The notes: a model not told the origin generated them from the letters alone. Numbered from the stretch's first letter, positions 34,778 through 49,566 are shown. The stretch: 64,000 bases of DNA from Tubiluchus corallicola (GCA_030141605.1 JAQGDQ010000526.1:19532-83531), one strand, 5' to 3'. Numbers and translations are program-made.

Positions 34778-37419
34778 AAATGGACAGGAAAAGAAAGGGA
34801 GTAATAAATCATTTATTGTATGTAGTGCAATTTATGCATTTTTGCTTATGAAAATTTATTGCTATCTTTTGGTTTAATAGGGTGTGGTACTCTTATTACT
34901 GTAAAACAAGTTTTTTCGTGGCTATTTAATTCTGCGATATTAAAATTGAAATTTGTATTACAATTTCGTAACTGAAGTATATAAAAAATATTAAGTTTCC
35001 TAACCATTATTGCATGCTGAGGTACATCAGTAATTCGTCAGTAATACATCATAAAACATAATACATTAGTAACTAATCTGTTTTGAATTTTGTATAGCAT
35101 GTCATTTCTATGTCTATATAAAATTCAAAACAAATTAGTTTATTGTATATGCTTTTAATATAAAAGTCCATTCCATACTTCACATATGTAATGCAGGTGT
35201 TTATATAGCCACATTTAAACAGCACTGTACCAACATCATGACCACAACACAATTCACATTCTTAACACGTCACTGCATTAGGCCACATGCAATTTTTAAT
35301 CCTGCAGCCTTTTGTGGAAGATACTGAGAACAGATAAAGTCTTTAAAGGAAGACAAGATGATTTTCCATGTACTACCCCATTTTCAAGTACGATAAAAAG
35401 TACACATTTTAACATAATTAATACTGCAAAAGCGTTTCTGATAAATAATTGATTAGAAACTTAATTAACGGTGGGCGAGCCCACCTCTAGATGACATCAC
35501 AAACGAACATAATTTTCAACCTGCAAAAATATTCCACGAGCGTGTTGAACATGTTTGTGAAAGCAAAAATTGAAGTACGGTGCTACTATAAGATATTCAT
35601 TGTGCTATACAAAAAGTAGGAAGTTTTAAGATAAAAATTCAAATTTCAAATTTGCCTCTGTGCTCACACATGAGCTGTCGAACGTGTGTAGTTCTTCACA
35701 AATTAACACATCTGAACTGAGAGGTACAGCACCTGTTTTTTGTGCAACGCTTTCCGAAATGCAGGCGCTACAGGTAGTCTAACTAGCGAATGGCAAAATG
35801 CATGTAACAGCGAAGAACGCAAAATTGTATTCGTGTGGTAGTAATTCTTTCACGTAACTGATTTTTAAAAAAATAGTGCATTTCCTTTCAATATTTTAAA
35901 GAATAGGTTGTTTTGACATACAGTTTAACATTGGGTCCAGTTTTGCTTTAAATAGTACTTACGCAGAACAAAAAAATAACATGGAACAAAAGTTTTCTGT
36001 GTGTATGAAACTTTTGTTACTCCACAGATTGACATGCCACCTTGCCACAAGCTATAACATTACTGGAATTTAGTGTGCAGATGTGGTGCTACCTGCTGGT
36101 GTGCATTATAATAATCTGGGTCTTTTGTGATAAATATGTGGGAAACAGATTCAATTTCCTTCGAGATTAAGCGAAGTGGAAATCCTACAGAAAATCTCCA
36201 ATGCATGCATGCATATATAAACGCATCTTTGTACACGTGCATGAAACAAACAACTCGATAACAATATACAAGTGCATGATAACACTACAGTGCACATGTG
36301 CGTGAAAACTGTTCGAATGCGTGTTTACTGACCGAAGTTAAAGAACACCGTAAATGCGGTTTCGAACGTGGCTGAAATAACTTTGCCGTTTTAATGTCTT
36401 GTGTTACAGGATCATTCTTTTGATTAGTTAGGTCTGGTCCCGGTACAGAAGAAAGTGACTGACCAAGGTAGTGACTTGTAGTTTGCACACTTTACTATAA
36501 GTTTCACTTAGGCCCCGTCTTATAACTGCAGAAAATCTATTAAGGAAACTCCTATCATACCAATTCCTCAATTCAACATGTTTACCCTTGCTCAGAAAAT
36601 TTGCAAAATAAAATGTGTTTGAAAAAAGTTGTTTTACAGTACGTTCTGTAGAAATGAGATTTCTGCTTTTGATCTCGCTTTACTGTGATACAAAGGTAAT
36701 AGGAAGCAATATGTTCCGTTCTTTCTTTGGTAGCTAGCTTGTTATTTTTTTGTGCAAATTGTGTTTTTTGGGGGAACTTTTATTCTAAAATAAGCAAGTA
36801 CTTGTTCTACAAGGTTTACAAATGGTAAACACAAATATTCATCCATTTTATGTCAGCTGATACTTCTGTTTAGCAACCAGCTTTCTTTATTTTTAATGGT
36901 ATAGAATTAGTTTCTAAATACTTGTCAGTTATTAACTTAACAGATCACATTAATATAATTCAGATTTACAAAGTTCTACCCTTCTTGACATTATATTTTA
37001 TCTAGGGTTTTATCATCCTATGTTCGGAACAATAGCAGTTAAACTAAAAAATGAGTGCTACTGTTTTTTTGTCAATGCCAATTACAATAGCGAGCAATTT
37101 TATATACATGCAATGTTTTGAAATGTGTATGGTAATAAGTGTAAGAATTTATGTAATGACGTAAAGGCACAGCAGAGATTAAACTGGGACTTGGGTCAAA
37201 TTTTAGCAAGTTTTTGCTTGGGTGTCTGTTCAAAAAACCTGACCAAATAACCTGGTTCTCGCTGCACACAAACTTCAGTGTGAATCTCATCCATAATTAA
37301 TGTCTGATAATGGCATTTACATGTCTTCTACTAATTAAATTTAAAATGCAATTTGTATGTAGCGCATAATTCACACAGGATTTGTTGAACTGTTCAATGT
37401 TAGTAACTGAGTGACCCCA

Positions 37420-37580
37420 GGGTGTCCTCGGCTAAAAAGTTAAGCAGCATTGCATTGGCTAGCACATGGGTGAGCGACTGTTTCTGGGTATTTTTCTTTG
37501 CCATACGACGGCTGGTTACTTCTGCCATCAGGGAAACATGCATATACACCCAAATGTGACCAAGTCAACTCTGCTGATAT
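37420..37580 (+). mobile_element. Degenerate 5S-rRNA-derived SINE head
   Basis: aagttaagcagcattgcattggctagcacatgggtgagcgactg resembles the 5S internal control region. Confidence 0.4.
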
Positions 37581-39032
37581 TCTTGGAACTTTCTTGGCAA
37601 TGATCTAAGTTCCTGTCACTCTACAACCTACTACATTACTCTTTAAAATACAATTAAAAGAAACCAAGCAAATGATACCACTCTAGAGCAAAGCTAGTAG
37701 TAAACATTAAATAAACCCCGAAAACATGTTTTAACCTGTTCATGGCAGAGATTAAACAACTATATTATAAACTGGCTACAATGGGTACCAGGCCAGGTTA
37801 TCAAGTGGGCCACCGAGTTCATATTAAGCTGATTTGGTTCCATCTCGGGGGGGGGGGGTGGTGCAAGTCTTACGATGTGAATTTCTTGTTAGCCGATACA
37901 GAGCCAACAGATATCTGATATAATTCGTGAGAAGATGATTTGAAGTAGATCTGTTTTGAACCTGACTATCGCATTGCTGTCTGAGCATGTCGCATTAGTG
38001 CCAGCTGTCATAATTAGACAAAAAAGAGTAAAAGTGACAAAAATGATAAAATTATTTTATAATTTGAAATCTAGATACTGTGCATATTTGTTTTTCATGA
38101 ACAAACTGAAATAATCATTATAATTATTGTTACTCCTTTTATTATAATAGAGTATGTAAATGTCCATTTATTGATACCTATTAAGTAGAAGATTATTTGT
38201 TATCATAATATCAAGATTAATATTAATGCTGGTACAAACCCGCAATTAATAAGATTTTGAAACCAAATTTGAAAAACGGGAAATTTTTTATCAAAAGCTG
38301 ATGAAATGTAAAAAATAAAAAATAAATACTTGTGTTATGTTCTTTCACCGACCAACTACTCAGGTGCGTAAAATGTCAATGAAAGTTTGAAGTTTTGCAG
38401 TGAAATTATATTTCCAGGATTGAGCACATCAGTAATGTGAAGAATTTTTTTAGAGTTTGATTATTACACAATTTTACACGATACAACATAGCTAACAACA
38501 TATTAATTCAAAGCACATGATATTATCTAGCAACTCTGTACAGTAACATTAACTCTTGATATAAGTAGTTTCATCATTTTGATAACTAGTTACGCTTTTT
38601 AGATATTTCAGTATTACATCTAGGTATTTAGAATACCTAGAAAGTATTGTATCTAGGTATTACTTGGTAATTAGAAATGTTGTAGACTGTCTTAGTGAGA
38701 ATGTTATTCGAATTGTGAAATTCTTTGTCTTTTGTAACTAATTGTACTAATGTTTTGTATATGTAGTTGCATAGTCAGTATTACTAACATTATTTTAATG
38801 CAAGTTTTTTCATCATTTTAGATTAATGCTTATAAATTTTAGGTGACAGATTTAATAGGTATTCTCTTTATTTTGGTTTGTGGATTTAACATCCCACAGT
38901 TACGAATCTTACTAAAACTGTCAATTCTCTCTAAAATTAAACACATCGCTATGGTGCAACTGTCTTAGTGAAATTATTAATTAATTAGCAGAAGCTAATT
39001 TACCTTTAATTTGTTGCAGTGTCATTTTCTAA

Positions 39033-39034
39033 GC

Positions 39035-39094
<60 letters not shown>

Positions 39095-39096
39095 CC

Positions 39097-39148
<52 letters not shown>

Positions 39149-39149
39149 A

Positions 39150-39182
<33 letters not shown>

Positions 39183-39190
39183 GTCTCTCT

Positions 39191-39226
<36 letters not shown>

Positions 39227-39238
39227 CCCCTCTCTCTC
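39033..39238. repeat. (TC)n microsatellite
   Basis: Direct read. Confidence 0.99.
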
Positions 39239-41726
39239 ACACAAATTTTTAAAATTTCGAATGTTATTCATAATTTATGATCTTCTCCATTCCACGTTGC
39301 TATATACTTGCAACTGATTTTTTTAGACATTCCTATCTCATACTACTGATGACAAAATTTGAAGGTTTGCCGTGTCTATTAGTAGGTGGCGCCACCATAG
39401 TATTTGCCAATCAAATAAAATAGCCTATCAAACTGTTAAGAAGTTTGTCCTGTGTCCTATAACACATAAATAAAAATATTATATAAAAAAGTATGATGAT
39501 TATATGTTAATTGATCTTGTTCTTTACAGTTCCAGTAACAGTACCATTTTTTGCACTAACTTAAAGATTTTCTACACCTTATATCTAACAATAATGTACG
39601 TTTTTGTTTTTAAATGCAATGCCAGTATGGTTTTATGTATTCCTGTAAATCAAACGTTATCTGTGCTTGTAAGCTTCAGTTTTTTTTTATTTCGGCTAAA
39701 CGTATTGTGTATATTGTGCAATTTTTTGTAACATATCATTAATCATAGGAAGGATTTTATGTTAAGTGTTATTTATATTAGTACTATAATAATTGTACCA
39801 TTATGTTTTTTAATAAATTTTGGAAGGGCAGTATTTTGCTTTCAGTGTTTATGAACTTATTTTGTTGTTGTTGTGCTGGTGGTAGTGGTGGCGGTCGTTG
39901 TGATTGCTGTTTTATGTACTCAAATGGTAGAACTCATATTAGTAAACGGATACAATGTGCGCAGAATACATATTAGTAAACGGATACAATGTGCACTTTT
40001 GTGTTGAAGAAAACCGTTTTGCATTATACGAAAAATAATTCTGATGTTTATTGCTTGGTAATCAACCCGTAGGCAGACCTTGTTCTGTTCCTGACAGATT
40101 CTGTTTCAAATGAACTTAGAAAAACTCAACGAATGAACCCATAATCATTAACTGTTGAACCTACAAAAGGCAACAGTTAGGCAATTTCGTCTCGGCATTC
40201 GTTTTATAATAACGCATTTTAAAATTAGGAATGTAGATAATCAATTTTACACAAAATTGTTTCCAAAGTTTTACGTCCTAACAAAACGAATCCATAATAA
40301 TAGTGCTATAGAATTAAATGCTGATGATAAGGTTTTACTAAAATTTATTGCAATTATTATATAAATTACATACTGGTGAGTATTGAACGCCCGAAGTGCA
40401 ACCATCTTAACGTAAAATGGGATTACATTGGCTCAACGAAGTAACTTTAGCCCGATTCTAAGAAAGTAGCAAATGCACATATTGCAAAAAACAACAGTAC
40501 TGCATTCGTCCTAATATTCAATATGTAATTATTATCTAATATTCTTGTGATGCAGACTTTTGGAAAGGCTGTTAGATCATGAAGGTTTTAGGCGTTCTCA
40601 AACTTTGTGTATGTGAGCCATAATAAAATCTGTGTAATTGCACTACTTTAATAAACTAATCAAGTACTATTCATAATCATTAACAACAGACCAGTGACGT
40701 GGTCTAATTTAACAATCTAAAATTTATCTTTGACAACTATATGATTTTCCATTCATCTGCACTTTTATATTTCATTATTCTATTATTTATTTGTCCCAGG
40801 CCAAAGTGCCAAATTTGCTTTATGCCTGACATATTATTTCTAAAATCTTAGCGTTACAAAGAATCTGTCATTTTTTGGTCAATTGCTTTTAAACATGAAA
40901 CCCTTGTCACATATATTTATACTATCTCACATTATCTCTCGTATGATATATTTATACTCCACGTAAGAAAACTTTATCTGTATTTGTCTAAACTTTCATC
41001 TTGCAAAACTAACTCAACCTGCACAACACAGGCAAGCACTGTGAGTTTTAAAATGACAGTGCGTTTGAAGTTCAATGCATGTCCCAGGGCTTTTGTGACA
41101 GAAAGTGTCGTATCCGATTCAACAGTACTCATTACATGTAAACTTGATTTTGACTTTAAAGGTCTTAACATAGCCTTGGCAACAGTGTCAGCATTATGTC
41201 TTTTTATGCTTATTTGCTATTGGCAAACCTGGGTTATCACATATGGCTCGTAATATAAATGATAATTTATCCTAAGCTGGTTGCCATAACAAACAACGGT
41301 TATTGTTTATCTTAGCAACCACACTGTTAATGAGATCGTATTGTATTTTTGTGAGCACTTACTATTGCCAAGTCTTAGCTATCATAAGTGACTAACGAAT
41401 TAAGCAGTATGCATTGGCATGCATTAGTTGCCATGGCAACTGTTTACTTTAGCCACCACACTGATGATAAAGCTGAGCTTGTATAAAAATAAGCTGAAGG
41501 AGTCATTTACTGGAGAAAAAAACGTATAGCCCAGGGTGTTTGTACGATAATCTCCAAATGCAAGATCACCCAAACAAAACGCAGCCAAAAGTTGGGTCAG
41601 TTTGCATTGAGGAGTAGGTTAAAGCTGCTGCCATTATAATACTGATAGATTACTAGGGCCTTCATTTTGCATTTCTTAGAAATTTTGGCAAAATTATTTA
41701 ATCAAGAGTTAGAGAAAAAACATTAG

Positions 41727-42134
41727 TTTGGTTGCTTGCTCGAGCACACTGTGATTCAAGCCAAACAATGGGGCAGCATTAAAAGATTCAACATTCAAGT
41801 ACGTAATGAAGTTACAGTCACTCCTGATTGGAGGTGGTTAATACATTTTCTCTAAACATATACATGCACCTTAACAGTCTCACATTTGTTTCAGTGACAG
41901 AGAATTAGAATTGCACAAAGACATCTTGCACCAGAATAAAGGGGTAGCTGAAGTACACAGTAAGCCTACTCGGGTTGAGAACTGTAGAAAACTCAGTTGC
42001 AGGGGCCTTTGTTGTAGGGAGACAACCATCTTCATCACTGCTAACTTTAACTTCATCGCGCACTTGAACATTGAATCCTGATCAACTGTCCACTATTTAG
42101 TTTGAGTCATAGTGTGCTCAAGCAAGCAGCCAAA
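41727..42134. mobile_element. MITE with ~40-bp imperfect TIRs
   Basis: tttggttgcttgctcgagcacactgtgattcaagccaaa ... tttagtttgagtcatagtgtgctcaagcaagcagccaaa. Confidence 0.6.
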
Positions 42135-42526
42135 GTTACAAGTTGTACCCGCGCAACAGTTAATCCTCTGCGTTTAACAAAACCCAGGTATAAACAATAA
42201 ACATTAGGCCGTCGTGCATTGCTGTTATTGCTCCACGATTGTGGAATCATTTACCTTTGCCTGTGCATCAATTGCCATCAACACAGAATATTAAAAGTAC
42301 ATAAAAGCATACCTTTCTGGGCGCTGTAGTGTCGTAGCATTGCATGCACATTAGGGTAGGCTTAATCGATTTTTGTTAACAATTACGGTGGTTTTTAATG
42401 TCTTATACAACCAGGATAATCTTACAATGACTTTAGAATGATTAATGCTATAATAATTTTAAACGTTTGTATAGTAACTGATAACAGAGCCTTAATTGTA
42501 AATACATATTTATATTATGTGATAAG

Positions 42527-42570
42527 TTATTATTATTATTATTATTATTACTATTATTATTATTATTACT
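42527..42570. repeat. (TTA)n microsatellite
   Basis: Direct read. Confidence 0.95.
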
Positions 42571-43199
42571 CATTTTTGCGTAATAGAGGCCTAGATCAAC
42601 TACCAGCAATACAGATGGGCCATAACCTTGACTCGTCAATCCAAATTTTCCTATTTTTTGCTTCATATCATTTAATTGATGCTACACTATGGACTGTGTG
42701 GTCCAAACACTCATGTATGATGATCATACAGAGAGGTGTCATTTACTTTATCTGATGTTTCTCTTCCACTCAGTGACTCCTCGATCCAATCTACAAGTTC
42801 AGCTTCATGAATAGCTAAGGCCAAAACAGTTATCATGGTAACCAATTTATTGTTTAAATTGTTACTCGTTTATGGTAACCAAGGCTGTCAATAATAAGTG
42901 CTCACAAAAATAGGATATAGTCTTATCATAAGGCAAACAGTTGCTATGGCAACCAATTCATAACAAATCACTGTTTAGATTACTGGTCATATATGGTAAT
43001 CAAGGCTTGGCAATGGCAGGTGCTCACAAATATATGATACAATCTCATCAACAACATGGTAACTAAGATAAACAATAAGCATGTCAACCAATTCATCATA
43101 AATTGCCCATTAAATTTTCACTCATTTACGTTAAGCAAGGCTTGGGGCTAACTTGCTTCAAAATCTAATTCCACCTGTTGTAGGCATTGAGGTATCAAC

Positions 43200-43615
43200 A
43201 TTTATTAGAGTATTCCACCCACTTCTATCTGCAGCTAACAGTGTAAGTTCTCCTGCTCCTAAAGATAGATTTGGTTGAAATTGTTGAACATCTTAATCTT
43301 AACCATCCAAGTTGTTTTTGGTTTGCCAGGTGGTTCTTTTGCAAGGTTTTAAGGTTCCTTTAAAGCGATTCTTTCTGGCTCTTCATTTAGTAATCTTAGA
43401 AGATGTGCTAGCCCTCTTAATCTTCGGATCTTGACTTTTGAACTCCAATAAATTTCTTTCGTACTGGTGTATAAGTCTATGTTTTTGATTATGTGTGGCC
43501 ATCTTATCTTTAAAACTTTCCTAAGACTCCTCTGAAATATGTTAATCTGCTTTTCTTGAGTAATCGTTAAACCCAAAGTTTCGCTTTTGTACACAAATAT
43601 GCTGGTAAAAATAGT
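43200..43615 (-). mobile_element. RTE-clade LINE ORF2 C-terminal fragment
   Basis: Encodes YKSETLGLT..INIFQRSLRKVLKIRWP..KNIDLY..KIRRLRGLAHLLRL..GKPKTTW. Confidence 0.8.
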
Positions 43616-44519
43616 AAAATAAAATAAATTAAATTTCAAATTAAATATTATTTAATAAAATAATACAAGGCTACAAATGCTCACAAAAAATGATACAACC
43701 TTATTAACATAAACTTTGCAGTTGCTAAGATAAACAGTTGATATGGCAATTAGCTTATGGCAAATTATGTTTTAAATTGCTAGCCATAATGGTTAGATTA
43801 GATCCGAATATGTTGGAAGTGTTCAAATTTGCTTGGAAAAACAGTTTGTCAAAGCTACCCAATTTCGGGTAATTCTGTCAAAGGGTATTTTTTCAACAAA
43901 AAAACAAACATTGCAAGTGTGTAATATTCGTATTACTGCAACTGGCTCGGGATGTTGTGTTTGTTGTTTTTCAATCTGTAATTAATAAAACAGCGTTGAA
44001 GAAAATATTTTATACGAACGCAAAGCAAAATTTAAGGGCTAAAGTTACCCTATTTTACCGATACTTGTGTTGATAACAAACGTACAAGTATAAGCATATC
44101 AGCATGTAACTGTCTTCAGACGACCGTTTTTGATTTGCCATTTCTGGTTACATTTGCTGTAGCCACTCGTGAGTCCTGTCCTGGCAAAACTAGCCTCGCG
44201 CTTCTTACAATGTCTGCTCCTGTCTTTCTTGATAAACTGGAGTAAAAAGGCGTTCAAAACAAGGTCTGACAAAACGTAGAAGCTCAAATATTGCAGCTGA
44301 CGATGGATATAATGCTTCATCATCATTCAATAAATCACACGTCCAGTGACATGATTCTGCTCACCTCCCTATGCCAGGACTCTAGTGTTCATAATTCTAT
44401 TTATTTATATGTTTGACAAATTTTGTTCAGTTTGTTTGTTTGTACTTTTTAGGTGTGGCAAGCCTTGAAATTATAGGACCATGTGACATAGGTGGGAGAG
44501 CTTTATTTTTTAATATTTG

Positions 44520-45370
44520 CAATTATTTGCTCGCCGCAATGCCCCAAGTACATTTATTTCTAAGGATTAATGCTGAAGTGTTTAAATCTTTCTGTGCAAA
44601 ATCTAAATATGTTAGCATTTGTCCTCCTGCAGGTTTTTTAGCTGGTTCTATGGCTTGTTGAAGAGCTATCTTCACTGGAATATCATCAGGTAGTCTAAGC
44701 ATATGCCCAATCCATCTTAAACGGCGTCTTTTTATTTTTCTTGTCCAAGGTTCTTCTTTTATTTTTTCTTATAGATCTTTGTTTGAAATTTTCTTTGGCC
44801 ATCTAATACCTCAAATGTTTCTGTAATTTCGCCTTTGAAACGCATCGATTGGAGCTTTATGATTTGCTTTTAATGTCCAGAGCTCAGAGTTATACAGAAA
44901 TACAGTTTCAACTAAGGCTGAGAATATTCTAATTTTTGTTTCCAAAGAAATCTTCCTATTCTCAAAAACTTTTGCGAGTTTTGAGTAAGCTGATAATGCC
45001 ATTATCTTCCGTCTTGATATGTCGTCCTCTGCTGCAAGCAGACTACCGAGATACTTGCATCTTTGCCATGATTCATCGCCGTGGCGTGTTAAGAGGAAAC
45101 TCTTCAGTTTTATTTTTGTTTACAACGAGATCCATTCTGTTCAGTCTCTCCTCTATTGAGCTTTTTATTTCGTCTACTTCTTCTTTGTTTCTTGTAATCC
45201 ATGCCACATCATCAGCATACTGCATAGATATAGTAGTTGCCTTACTTTGTAGAGAGCTGTAACTGTGTTCTTGTCTTACTTCATTCGGTATTAATTCAGG
45301 ATCAAGAATTGTGTAGTTGTGATCTTCTAGGCCTTTCAATGGTATAACTTTGTCCTCGGTAAGAGCTATG
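44520..45370 (-). mobile_element. RTE-clade LINE reverse-transcriptase fragment (frameshifted)
   Basis: Encodes MQYADDVAWI (RT YADD motif), VVNKNKTE, KIRIFSALVETVFLYNSELWTL..IDAFQRR and RRRLRWIGHMLRL. Confidence 0.88.
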
Positions 45371-47260
45371 GCAAGATATAAAGTAAAAATATAATGCTAT
45401 TTTCACGAGAAAACATTATCAAAAAGTGCCACCTTTAGACGTGATTTTGATTGTTTGGTTGAGAAAAATTTATTTCGGTGCACTTCTTGGACCGAGCGAA
45501 TAGTTTATTTTAATGGAACTTTTTTCACCTGCAGACTACAACTTTAATGACGACAATCACAGCTGTTTCGTAGGGGTGCCTGTCGCTGCATAAGCATATG
45601 AAAAACTGCTACAGAGATCTGCAGTTGTAGTTTTACACAGCGCAACGTGGATGCGCATTTTTCTGGTCTTGCATATTTCGATTCACTCAGGTACGGACAT
45701 TATTCAACAATTATTATTATTGGAGCGGCTTTTAACTGTGTAAAAGTGAACTTTCCATTAGTCGGTTTTTGATATAGACGTGTAGTTTACACATTTGCCA
45801 GATTTGAAGAATCCACGAATAGGTATAAATTTATACGTTCTTTGCGTAGAAAGCTTATTTTAAATAATTGTTAAGGCGGCAGTGCTGCAACTTTTTTAAA
45901 GAATTGCAATAGCACAGTAGAAAATAAAAATGCAAAAACACTTTCATAAGCTCAAAATAAATCGAGCGTACTGTAAAATGTTTAAAATGTTAAGAGGGGC
46001 GATGACAATTTAATTCAAAACCTCAGTGTTGCAATTTTTGCTTCTAGCTAAAGCATCAAGTTCTAAGATTTGCTTCAACAGCTAATTGATCAGTGTTTCG
46101 TCTAGAAAAACTAAAACATTTTGCATAGCTGCTCACTATCTGTAGCAACTTTTGCTTTAAAAAAATACAGACTCAGCTGTTATATTTTGCATAGGCGTGT
46201 GTGAGAACATTACTTTAAAAAACCGCATTCACTCTAATATAACTATGACGGAATTAAATTACACGTTAAATGCAAATGAAATATTCAAAAGTTCCTAAAT
46301 TCTCTAAAATTCTTTGTATAAATCAAAACAGTCGTTGTAATTGTCATGTAGTAACCATACATGCATAGAACTTTTTTTACTGCTAGTCATAAATGGGTAA
46401 CTGTGCATAGGTATACATGTCAAACTCATTGTATGGGCCTACGCAACAACCAATACGTAGTTGTCACACGCAAACCGTCTCTCACAAAATTTACTCGCAC
46501 ACGGCAGCTTTTATACGAAGCAGATGTTTAAAAATAATCTGAGAGGGACAAAGTTGGTAAAACAGGTTGGTTCATCGAGTCTTCAAACGAGCAAAAATCT
46601 GTCAGACAAATTGCTGCAGCGAAATTTTGCATCGTATGTTCTAGGTATAAATCACAGGCTTAGGCTCAAAATTCATTTTCTGCTTCAGCTATTGGCTTAA
46701 AAGGTGTGTGAATCGCATTTGTATGTTTCTTTTTTTACAGCGTCTGTCGCGTTTTCGGTTTTTTTCCTTAAATTGATGTGGTAAAAAGCATTTTAAAGGA
46801 AAGAGATTGAGCGATTTTACAGCAGAGAAGCTTGATTTTATAATGAAGCAACAGACTAGCTTGAGTGACTCAGTGATGACTATATCGTTGCAAACATAGT
46901 CTTCGTGCAAACAATGCAGCGCGATAATGTTCTGCAGAAAGAAGATGATGTTTTCGAGATGCAACTTGTTTTTTTTGTTCATTTTTCATCGTCGTCATCA
47001 TCATTATCATAATCATTGTCATTGTCATCATCATTCATTCATTCATTAATTCATCATACCACCATCCTCATAACTATTACTATATAATTACGATGTTACT
47101 ATCAATTTTGTTTGATAAATATTTGCTGAAATTAAGCTTAACATAATCGAGTACACTTTACTGTTAATTTCTTCGTAAGTAAGATAAAAGTAGGTGATCA
47201 AAACAAAAACCAAAGTTAATGTATCAAAACCAAAGTTAAGTGTATTATTAATATACCAAT

Positions 47261-47856
47261 CAGTGGCGGCTCGTAGCTAAAATTAACATGTGTGCTGTTC
47301 CAGTACATTTTTAGCCATTGTTTTAATACTGTGTAAAACGTAACAAACATATGTAGTTTTAATGTAATTATATTTGAAGATCGGGTGTTGAACGGCCTCT
47401 TTTCTTAAGTGCAGCTTTCGCATGGAGAGACAACTGTGAAATATTAAGCTGTTGTAGTTCACTTACTGTCACAGAACTAATTTCTTGGGGATGTACGGCA
47501 TCTATTATTAAATAATTTATGTTTTAAGCACACTTGTTAAGTTTACACTTTATCACATCCAAAAATATGACGGTACACGGTAAACGCGTGACAATTGCTA
47601 CTGTGTTTGAGACAGTACTTTTCTACCTAGCAGCAGACGCTAGTGCCAGATATGTGCGTATGGCCGCATGCGCACAGCAGCCAAACACCACGTTGCTTGG
47701 ACTGTGAAGCAAATTGTACTTCCCTCATGTGCTCCGATTCCGCAAAAGTATAAAAAAGAACTGAAGAAAAAAGACTTATATTGAATATTATCGATAATAA
47801 TGAGTTAAAACAGGGGGTGCTGCAGTACCACAGTACCTACACACGATCCGCCACTG
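47261..47856. mobile_element. hAT-like MITE; an inverted partial copy lies at ~53983-54250
   Basis: TIRs cagtggcggctcgt / acgatccgccactg; 8-bp TSD ataccaat/gtaccaat. Confidence 0.8.
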
Positions 47857-49233
47857 GTACCAATGACATATTAGTAATGATAATACGGGCAAAAATGAGC
47901 TAAATATGTAATTATTACTGCTCCCAGAACTGCTTTAAAGTTAGGCTTAAACTCAGGATACCGACCAATGTAATGAGTGCAGATTTGTGCGTGTATATCT
48001 CTCTCATTAAAGTGTGTTTTCCAAGTTGCAGGAAAAAATATTTCCGCACACATTCACACTTAATTATGTGTCGTTGATCAATCCGGCCCAAGCCTGGTGA
48101 GATCAAAACAGCGGGAAACCGCACAAAATTTAATGAGTGTATAAGATTTTTTTGATGTCGAAAGCGAGTGTTGGATTATTCTAACTGAACCTGTTTATTT
48201 CTGGCGCACTGTAGATACACTATAATTACTCTAGGGTAATTAAGGCAGAGTCACGGATTCAGAATTTTTGAATCACTCGTAAGTAACGCGAAGTAACTCA
48301 GTTAGTTGGCCTGTTTCGCCGTGATGCCGGTCTCGTTGTTCATGTGTAAATTTTTAGCCAGTCTTTATACTGTAACGTCGTAATAGAGATACCCATCTTC
48401 TAAATTTTTTATGAAAAAAACGGATTCAGAGACAACGGAATTTTACGGAAATGGTCTTTTAAAAGACATATTCAGGCAGTAGGGCAAAAAAGCTGAATGA
48501 GCGAGTAACTTAATGCTTCGGAATTCGGATTAATTGTCTTAGAATCCAGTCCCTCCAACTAATTTCGAACTAGAGCCCAAAATAGACATTGGTTTAAACT
48601 ATAGGAAACTATAGATCACTAAACCGCACTAAGCGTCGTGAGTGCGTGCTAATGCCAAGTCATTAGCTCAGTTTTTTTGTTAAAAATACTTGTCAAAGCA
48701 TGTCAATGCACATAAAACACAGAGTGATGATTTAGATTTAGTATCTTTCCAAAACAGTCAAAAATAGAAAGTTGTACAACGAGCACTAGGATATACATTT
48801 TTCAAACTAGCACATTTTAACTAAAAGATGTATGAAAAAGTTATATCCGACTCATCCTTTTAAAATTCGTAGGATAGAAGTTTTGTATTAAGCCCATTTC
48901 ACATTGCTTTCTATGTACATTGCTTTCAATGGCTGTCCATGCAGCAGTTCGTTGATTATCCACTAAACGCACGAAATTCTCTACAACCGGAAAAGCCAGC
49001 CTACAAAACCGATTTTGTAGCTCGTAATAGTTACGGCTTCTAGCAAACAATTACAGAAACTAAAAAGGCGAAAAAAGAAATTCAATAAAAAATAAAAGTA
49101 TTTGAAGAATAAATAAAGCGAGATTGCAAAAATGGTGCTACGAAAGGAAATAGAAATTCCTGCCTTTTAAGGACAAAATTTACTGTAGTCAAATTTCCCA
49201 AAACTTATAATAATTTATATTTTAGAACCGTGG

Positions 49234-49512
49234 ATGGCTACTCCACCCGAAACTACCTGCGTCATCCTCTTCAGTTCGATAGTTGCCGTAGTATCTTCTG
49301 GCAGAGGTGAGATTGAAAGTAGCATATTCCCTATCGGATCAACCCCAGAAGGAAAGGTCGATCTGCACTTGGTAGGCGTGTTTCCAATGGAGGGCGCATG
49401 GGCGGGTGGACAGGCGATTGTACCAGCTGCTGAACTTGCCTTAACCTACATCAACAACAGAAGTGATATTTTAGACGGGTATCGACTTGTGCTACATTGG
49501 GGAAACAGCAAA
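49234..49512 (+). CDS. GABA-B receptor-like class C GPCR, coding exon 1 (signal peptide and start of the Venus flytrap domain)
   Basis: MATPPETTCVILFSSIVAVVSS.. LHLVGVFPMEGAWAGGQAIVPAAELALTYINNRSDILDGYRLVL; donor aaa|gtaagt. Model join(49234..49512,51985..52122,53026..53196,54475..54582,54946..55011,55796..56055,59869..59948,61480..61635,62390..62476,62950..63106,>) has consistent phases, and the gene continues beyond the window. Confidence 0.9.
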
Positions 49513-49566
49513 GTAAGTCTGTAATTTACATAAAAAGATTTTCGTTTCTTAGTAAAGATTTTTACT

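Noticed and set aside
43860-44330. Possible pogo/Tigger-like transposase N-terminal relic on the minus strand
   Set aside because: Only vague HTH-like similarity across frameshifts and one TIR-like GGGTAACTTT; not supportable without an HMM search.
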